Assembly (NCBI RefSeq): GCF_009914755.1
Contig: NC_060942.1
Strand: one strand, 5' to 3'
DNA from: the human T2T-CHM13v2.0 reference genome, Homo sapiens
Length of the DNA: 64,000 nucleotides
Part shown: in pieces, positions 52,949-64,000 of the stretch
How the letters are laid out: every line of letters begins with the position of its first letter
How positions within the stretch are numbered: position 1 is the first letter of the stretch
The notes under the pieces: generated by a model
Databases searched by the model: none
The model's input: the letters and a program-made list of their open reading frames with translations, nothing else
What the model was told of the DNA's origin: nothing
Program-made: the position numbers and the translations under genes

Positions 52949-54661
52949 AGAGGCTTGTATTTTTCCAAACATAACAAATTCAAAGGAACATTAATGAAGT
53001 CAAAGCTATAGCAGTCACTTTCAAGACATCATCAGAGTACCAGGCCACTATGCCTATAACTCTGCAGTGTGCCACAATGAAACCAAGACAGTGCCCCAAT
53101 TCTGATCAAAAGGTGACTTCTGCTGCATAAACAATTCACAAACCTTACATATGGCATCAATCATTGTTTAATGACTCCTGTGGGGCGAGAGCAGGCTCTT
53201 CCATAATTACTAAAAGCAGTATAACTCAAAAAGAAACAAAAAGTCACCAATTCATCAGCTTACTTAGCTGATGTCACAGAAGTAGCAGGAGGATTCCTTA
53301 CCCCCCATGCCACAGACTTAGTTTTTCAAACATCTCCAATTTCTTGCTTTTAGCTCTCAAGGATGCAGTCCCCCAACTTCCCAGAGGGAAGTCTGCTAGA
53401 TCGGTAAGCATGAATTCACTACTTCCCTACTCTTTCCTTTGGAAGTGCCTGAAGTGTCTCCTTGTCTCAGTTAAACAGAACATGGTGACCGTGAGGCAGA
53501 GTTTCCAGTGCCAGGCAGCTCCAGGCACCCTGTGCCTGTGTTCTGCAGAGGAGTCTTTCCCAATGTCAATCAAAACACAGCTCAAGTTTCATGCCCTGCT
53601 TTATTAAATTCTGCATGGTGCCCACTGGGACCACAATGGAATCTTCAGAAACGTAAGGAGAGGTACCTCCCTTTCCTGGCTCTGGGAGGACACTTGGGTA
53701 AAGGGAAAGGCTGTGGCCATACCAACAGCACTGCTGCAATCAATGCCACCAATCACTCAGATTTAGGCTATTTTTAAGTAGTTTTGCAAAACAAATGCCA
53801 AGTAAGGCTGCACCAGTGTGTTATCACAAGCTGACTTGCATACTAAGCTACTTCAACAAGAGAGAAGGACTTCCAAGAGCAACAGCAAGTCAGCGAAACA
53901 GCACTTGAAAGTCAGAAAACAAGGCCTCTTTCACTCACTGATCTGCTCAACAGCAGTGTCTATTCTATTCTGAGAGCTGGGGATCAAGCAGTGAACTTGG
54001 CTGACAAGGTACCTGCCCTTGTAGTGGTTATATTCTAATGTGGGGAGGGAGAAAACAACAACAACAACATATGTTAGGCTGGGACAACTATTATAAAGGA
54101 AATAAAAGAGGGTGCTGCTCCCTGAAGAGAGGGAGGAAGAGCAGGAAGAGCCACTTTTAAGGAAAGAAAAGCGTTGTAGAGCCCAGAACAGGAAAATACA
54201 TGACAGATTTTTTTTTTAAGCAACAAAGCTCCAAGAAGGCTCATATCTGAAAAAAGAAATAGAGTATAACATGGAGGGACAGAGCATGACGAGAACCTGG
54301 CTAACATGTTCACGAAACTATGCCAGGATATAGATACGGTTTACTTTCTCATAAGACACTACTGCTGTTCTTTCTTTAGTCATTTTGCCAACCTTCAAAT
54401 GACTTTAGAAACAAAGCAAGAGTGAAAATGAGACAACTCAGATACTGTCATTAAACATTCAGGAACATGCAGAAATTTTGGCAGTCACAAGTCTGAACAA
54501 AAATCTCCAGTTGTAATCTAAAAATTACTTCCTAAGAGTTTCTTTCTGATCATTAGTGAAGATAGGTGTAACTAAAAGCATCTTTAAAAATATTGCTCTA
54601 ACTAGACATCCTGTTAAACCCAGAGGATGTCACATGTGTTATCCCCACTCTCAAAACCCAC

Positions 54662-55285
54662 TGTTTGGGTTGAAGTATATCCTCCAAAAAAGAAACGCTG
54701 AACTCCTAACCTCTGGTAGCTCAGAATGTGACCTTATTTGGAAAGGGGATCTTTACAGAGGTATTCAAGTTAAAACGAGGTCATTAGGGCTGGCCCTAAT
54801 CCAGTAGGACTGATGTCCTTATAAAAAGAGGAAATCTGGTCCAGGCGCCGTGGCCCACGCCTGTAATCCCAGCACTCTGGGAGGCCAAAGCGGGCGGATC
54901 ACGAGGTCAGGAGATCGAGACCATTCTGGCTAACATGGTGAAACGCCGTCTCTACTAAAAATACAAAAAAAAAAAAAAATTAGCCGGGCGCGGCTGCAGG
55001 CGCCTGTAGTCCCAGCTACTCAGGAGGCTGAGGCAGGAGAATGGCATGGCCCGGGAGGCGGAGCTTGCAGTGAGCCAAGATCACGCCACTGCACTCCAGC
55101 CTGGGTGACAGAGAGAAACTCCGTCTCAAAAAGAAAAAAAAAAAAAGAGGAAATCTGGACAGAGAGACAGACATGCACACAGAAGAACGCCATGTGAATA
55201 TAAAGGCAGAGATTGGGGTGATGCATCTGCAAGCCAAGGAACGCCAAAGGCTGCCAGCAACCCACCAGCAGCTAGGAGAGGACGC
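54662..55285 (+). mobile_element. MaLR LTR (MLT1C-like) interrupted by AluY (54838-55146)
   Basis: tcagaatgtgaccttatttggaaa...gtccttataaaaagaggaaat...gcaagccaaggaacgccaaagg. Alu TSD aaaaagaggaaatctgg. Confidence 0.8.
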
Positions 55286-55572
55286 TAATAAAAATAAACA
55301 TCCAAGAATGAGAAAGCGCTCTTGGAAATTAACACACAATTGTAAAATTAAGACATTCTATAGAAGGGTTGGAGAATAAATACCAGCCTGGGAAACACAG
55401 CAAGACCCTGTCTCTACAAAAATTAAAAAATAGCCAGGCACGGTGGGTCTCACCTGTAATCCCAGCACTTCAGGAGGCTGAGGTGGGAGGATCACTTAAG
55501 GCTGGAAGTTCAAGACCAACTTGGGCAACATTAGTGAGACCCTATCTCTGTTTTGTTTTTTTTTTTTCTTTT

Positions 55573-55678
55573 AAAAAGAAGAGGAGGAGGAGGAGGAGGA
55601 AGAGGAGAAGGAGGAAGAGGGGAAAGAGGGGAAGGAGGGGAAGAAGGAGGAGGAGGAGGAGGAGGAGAAGGAGAAAAT
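55573..55678 (+). repeat. Purine-rich (GAG/GGA)n low-complexity tract after Alu fragments
   Basis: gaagaggaggaggaggagga...; source of the poly-R/G/P/L ORF artefacts. Confidence 0.9.
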
Positions 55679-55679
55679 G

Positions 55680-57340
55680 TAGAAAGCAGATCTCCCAGTA
55701 AATCCAACAAGGATAAAGGAATGGGCAAAAGGAGAAAAAGATGAATATCAGAGCATCAATCCAAAATGGCCCCAATATCTGACTTGTAGACTTTTTAAAG
55801 TACAGAAACAGGAGAGGAAAAAAAGGTAGGGAAAGGCAGGAGTTGGATATTATCAAATAAATCATACAAGAAATTTCCTGGCGTCAGAAACATGATTTTC
55901 CAAATTGAAAGTTCCCACCAGGTGCCCAGCTCAAAGGATAAAGAAACACCTGCACTGTTGTGGGCTCCACCTATGGCAGTCACGACAGAAACATGCTAAT
56001 AATAGACAACGTTAAAGGCTACACAAAGGATTCCAAAATCACCATATGGGCACGACTACACAAAGCAGGATACACACCATGCCCTCCATCAGATGTACGG
56101 CACGTAGTGCCAGCTACTTCCCCAACATCATGAGTGTACACAGCTACAGATGATTTTACCTGTGGGGAGAGGCCTCACCAGGATTGATAAATACCCACTA
56201 CAGTCTCTGGGTGTTTTTATGCCCTCTGGCCTGCGGAGACTCTGGTGACATAGGGCCTGCTAGCCAGGTCTAAGTAACGAAACAAGGCCAGGGGTAAGGA
56301 TTCACTGTGAAGCCAGGTAAGGTGGGTACTTCCCGTGTTCCCTCCTAAGAGACTGTGTCTCGTCCAAAAACTGAGATGGCAAACCCCAAACCAAGGTGCT
56401 TCATCAAGAGATGGTAATGAGATACTTTAAAAAGAGACAAAGAAAGGTGCTAAAAAAAAATGGGTAGGGGGGAAAGGATAGGAAAATGGGGAAAAAGAGG
56501 GGGGAGAGGGAGGGAGAGAGAGAGAAATTAAAAAGACTTGAGACTTCTCAAAAAAAGGTAACTTCTCAAAAGTAACAATTCTAAAGGAAAACTATTTCCA
56601 TTCTAGCATTCTATAGCTAGCCTATCAGTTGGGTAGGAGGCTCAAATAAAGACATTTTCAGACACGTAAGCTCTCAAAGAATTTCCTCCCTGTAAACCCT
56701 TTCTCAAAAAGCTGCTAGAGGATGTGCTCCATCAAAATGAGGAGGCATGCCAAGAGAGAAGACAATGTGTAATCCAGGACTCAGAATCCAACACAGAAAA
56801 TTACTGGGATTCAAGATGAGTGAGGTGTTGACTGCAGAGTTCTGTAGTCCTATCAGAAACTGGGGGCCTGAATTTGTGACTGGTACTAAGAAATGTAAAC
56901 CAATAAAATAATTGTTGACTCCAGAGAAAAGAAAAATTTGAACTGGCAAAGAAATAAAATCACTGCATATGCTCAGCTGTAAGCAATATTTAGCCATGAA
57001 AATATAAACAATGAATATTAAGAAAATTAGAAAATGGTATTGAGAGCTTAGTATAAAGAATTGTGCGTGTGAGAGGAGGGTTATATAAGAGATGAAGCTT
57101 CATCTTGCAGCGTAGGAAATCAATAGAGAAGGTCTAAAATGAAAAAAAACAAGCTACAGTAGTGTATGCATACAAGCATGGAATCGAATCCCACAAGCAC
57201 AGAAAAGAAATGAAAGGGGCTTTTGCTAGGGAGCAGTAATCAGCTGTGAGAAAGAGAACTGGGGTTTTTCATAATAAACCTCACAGTACTATGTACTTAA
57301 ATGTTTAAATTACATATAAAAATAAATACTTAAGATTTTA
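55680..57340 (+). mobile_element. HAL1/old L1 ORF1-like fragments
   Basis: aagaaatttcctgg...ttccaaattgaaag...ccaggtgcccagc and aaagacattttcagaca...ccctttctcaaaaagctgctagaggatgtgctcc. Confidence 0.55.
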
Positions 57341-58953
57341 AAAGATAAATAGAACTATTATGTGATATAGCCTAATGAATAAGAATCATATTTACAGAAA
57401 TGAAAACTACTTAAGGGAAGGAAAATAGGAACACCAAGCAAATATAAGCATTGTAAGGCTTTTTTTGTTTTGCTTTTAATTAGGAAAAGTTCCTTTCCAA
57501 CTCTCAGGATCAGCACCTATGGTCCATCTGACCTGTAGGTATGTCTCATTAGTAAGACAAAACAAACAAACCAGGAAATTTAAATACAACAAAGTTATCT
57601 AGTTAATTCACTTGGGACAGGGAGATGTCCTAAAACAAAAGTCCTATTTCTTGACTGTCATGAAGATACCACACTTACAGGGGGAAGGTCCATTTCCATT
57701 TGATGACAAGGATAGCACTGAAAGATTCAGCCAGCATTTAAAAGGATGACCTTCAAAAGACCAAAAAAAAAAAAAAAAAAAAAAGCCACCATAACAACAT
57801 AGGTATACCAGTACCTACGTTTTTCAACTGGCAGAGAATAACATTTCATGTAGTTTTATAAGCTAAGAAAATTAGTGTCCATTCTAATGAAAATCAATTA
57901 TTCAAGCTTATAGAAAAACATTAGAGGCCTTATGAACTAATCAGCAGATTTTTAAATTTTAGTTAAACGCTCACCTGCAATATACTAGGTATAGACAACT
58001 GTGCTTTCTAGACGTCCCATTCTAAACACAAAGATAAGGTCCCTCCTACAGGCCCACACATTAACAAAATTCATGCAGCCATAGATGAAATGATGGAAAA
58101 ATCTTAAGGATTACATTTATAAACACATGTTGTGCATAACATTTGTATACAAGATTTCTAACTTTGGCACTATGAGAATAAAGAAATTTCTTTCTGGGTC
58201 AAGAAAGAAATTCTAAGCAAACACATTAAACAATGTTTTTCTTTGAGATAAAAACAAGCTTTTAACTAAACAGTAAATTCTCACATTAAAAGTATAAGCC
58301 CAGAGCTAACTCCAAGACAGTTCCTCAGACTTTCCCACAATCGCTCAAGCAGTACTCCCTTCTAAGTCCCTCCCTGTCCCTGATTCATAAAACCCTGCTT
58401 TATGCAGAAGCAGACCTACTTGATTCCTCTATGACACTATCAGCTACTTCGGGACAAGAGGAATGTTCATTCATTCACCTTTCGCCCTTTGTCCTATGAC
58501 TCTCTCAACACTGGCTTCTCTGGCCTAGTAAGACCTAGAGGTGGATGCGGGCTCCAGTTTAACATATGACCTCATTTAATCCTCAGAACCAGCCTGTCAA
58601 GTAGGTATTGTTATCTCCCTATTACAAAAGAGACAACTGAGTAAATGATACATCAAAAGTATATTCATGAATTTGGGAATTCCCAAAGGTCTATGAGTAT
58701 ATTTCTATTTAATGAAAGGTTCTTCATCAGAGCTGATGTATCATTCATTTATTCAATTACACTAAGTAAAGCACCACTAAAACTCCATTAGCGGGGAGCT
58801 CATCTGCAGATGTAGTTACCAAGTGAGTCAAATGATACAGTGAAGAAAGCACTAGTTCAAAAGACAGATCTGCTCAAAAAGAATTCAGATACTCACTTGT
58901 ATTAGGGGTTTCCACTGGCTACCAACAATGTGATGGGACCTGGATTTCTGAAC

Positions 58954-60008
58954 TGTTGCAGGAAGTCAGGGACCCTAAACAGAGGGACCAGCAGGAGCCG
59001 AGGCAGAAGAACATAAATTGTGAAGATTTCATGGACATTTATCAGTTCCCAAAATTAATACCTTTATAACTTCTTAAGCCTGTCTTTACTGCAGTCTCTG
59101 AACATAAATTGTGAAGATTTCATGGACTTTTGTCACTTCCCTAATAATCATCTTATAATTTCTTATGTCTGTTTTTACTTTAATCTCTTAATCACGTTAT
59201 CTTCATAAGCTGAGAATGTACGTCACCTCAGGACCACTACTGTACAAACTGATTGTAAAACGTGTGTTTGAACAATATGAAATCACTGTACCCTGAAAAG
59301 AACAGAATAACAGCAATTTTCAGGGAACAATGGAAGATAACCATAAGGTCTGACTGCCTGCGGGGTCGGGCAGAATACAGCCATATTTTTCTTCTTGCAG
59401 AGAGCCTATAAATGAACGTGTAAGTAGGAGAGATATCGCTGAATTCTTTTCCCAGCAAGGAATATTAATAATTGATACCGTGTGGAAGGAATGCATTCCT
59501 GGGGGGAGGTCTATTAACGGCCGCTCTGGGATTGTCTTATGCAGTTGAGATAAGGACTGAAATACGCCCTGGTCTCCTACAGTACCCTCAGGCTTACTAG
59601 GATTGGGAAATTCCAGCCTGGTAAATTCTAGTCAGACTGGTTCTCTGCTCTTGAACCCTGTTTCCTGTTAAGATGTTTATCAAGACAATATGTGCACAGC
59701 AGGACATAGACCCTCATCAGTAATTCTAATTTTGCCTTTGCCTTGTGATCTTATTGCCCTTTGAAGCATGGGATCCTTGTGACCTACTCCCTGTTCATAC
59801 ACCCCCTCCCCTTTTAAAATCCCTAATAAAAACTTGCTGGTTTGGGGCTCGGGGTCATCATTACGGTCCTACCAATATGTGATGTCACCCCCAGAGGCCC
59901 AGCTGTGAAATTCCTCTCTTTGTACTCTGTCTATTTCTCAGACCGGCCAACACTTAGGGAAAACAGAAAGAACCTATATTAAAATATTGGGGGCTGGTTC
60001 CCCCGATA
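58954..60008 (+). mobile_element. MER11 solo LTR (HERV-K11/HML-8), 1055 bp
   Basis: Starts tgttgcaggaagtcagggacc, ends ggctggttcccccgata. Perfect 6-bp TSD CTGAAC (58948-58953 and 60009-60014), AATAAA at ~59825, internal repeat gaacataaattgtgaagatttcatggac twice. Confidence 0.92.
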
Positions 60009-60544
60009 CTGAACAGAATAAAAGACTGGAAGCTCTATTCAGCTCTGAAACTGTTTAACTTAAGGATCCTTCTACTCACAGTCCAGTGCCATGTAACCCA
60101 GGAGTCACAGTGTACACTTACTCAAATCAGGAACCGTCAAAATTACGAGGGAAAATCCTTGAAGAAGGCACCATGTTGGATACTGACATACCACGTCTCA
60201 CATAGTCCCACTGAGCCCATTTCCTCCTCCCCAACACCTTTAGTCACCTTCCTATCAGGATGAGCCCGAGAGCAATATTTAGGTTGTTTTAGGGATCATG
60301 TTGTATGAGAAATACAGCTTAGACATTCCATCCAGTCTCAGCCCAGCGATATGCTCATGCTGTGAAACACAGGCCAAAGAACATCAGGTTTACCTTGTCC
60401 AACTCATTCCAAAGTGCACCAAGTAGGCATGGTAGGGCCACATCACCTCCCCATCTTCCCGGCTGGTATTTCTCTCCTTGACACAATTGCCTTTGAAAAC
60501 ATAAATAACCCAGAGAAACCCACACTCCTATAAAGTAGGTGCTA

Positions 60545-63988
<3,444 letters not shown>

Positions 63989-64000
63989 TTAAATCAATAT

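Noticed and set aside
55369-55865. Poly-Arg, Gly, Pro and Leu ORFs
   Set aside because: They come from reading a GAG/GGA purine tract plus Alu fragments.

Overview
Eukaryotic (human/primate) genomic DNA, AT-rich and Alu-dense. I recognise it from the translated protein as the 5' half of LPIN2 (lipin-2, phosphatidate phosphatase; human 18p11.31) on the minus strand. Three canonical coding exons with GT-AG boundaries are present (16163-16363, 10000-10095, 6552-6853; codons 1-197), plus a candidate alternative coding first exon (38182-38283) that would splice in frame and add 37 N-terminal residues. The usual non-coding first exon and the downstream exons appear to lie outside the window. The introns contain two processed pseudogenes (CHORDC1-derived, minus strand; SNRPC/U1-C-derived, plus strand, nested in an old L1), a MER11 (HERV-K/HML-8) solo LTR with a 6-bp TSD, MaLR LTRs, Tigger/MER DNA-transposon relics, L1/HAL1 fragments, more than 30 Alu pieces and several microsatellites. 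Most ORFs in the supplied track are Alu or low-complexity artefacts. I see no convincing new biological system. The best leads are splice and promoter level: the N-terminally extended isoform with a liver-type motif cluster, a 53-bp tandem duplication that copies the exon-2 splice donor, a candidate uAUG-rich cassette exon, and an unexplained 201-codon ORF. Repeat subfamily names and boundaries are by eye and approximate.
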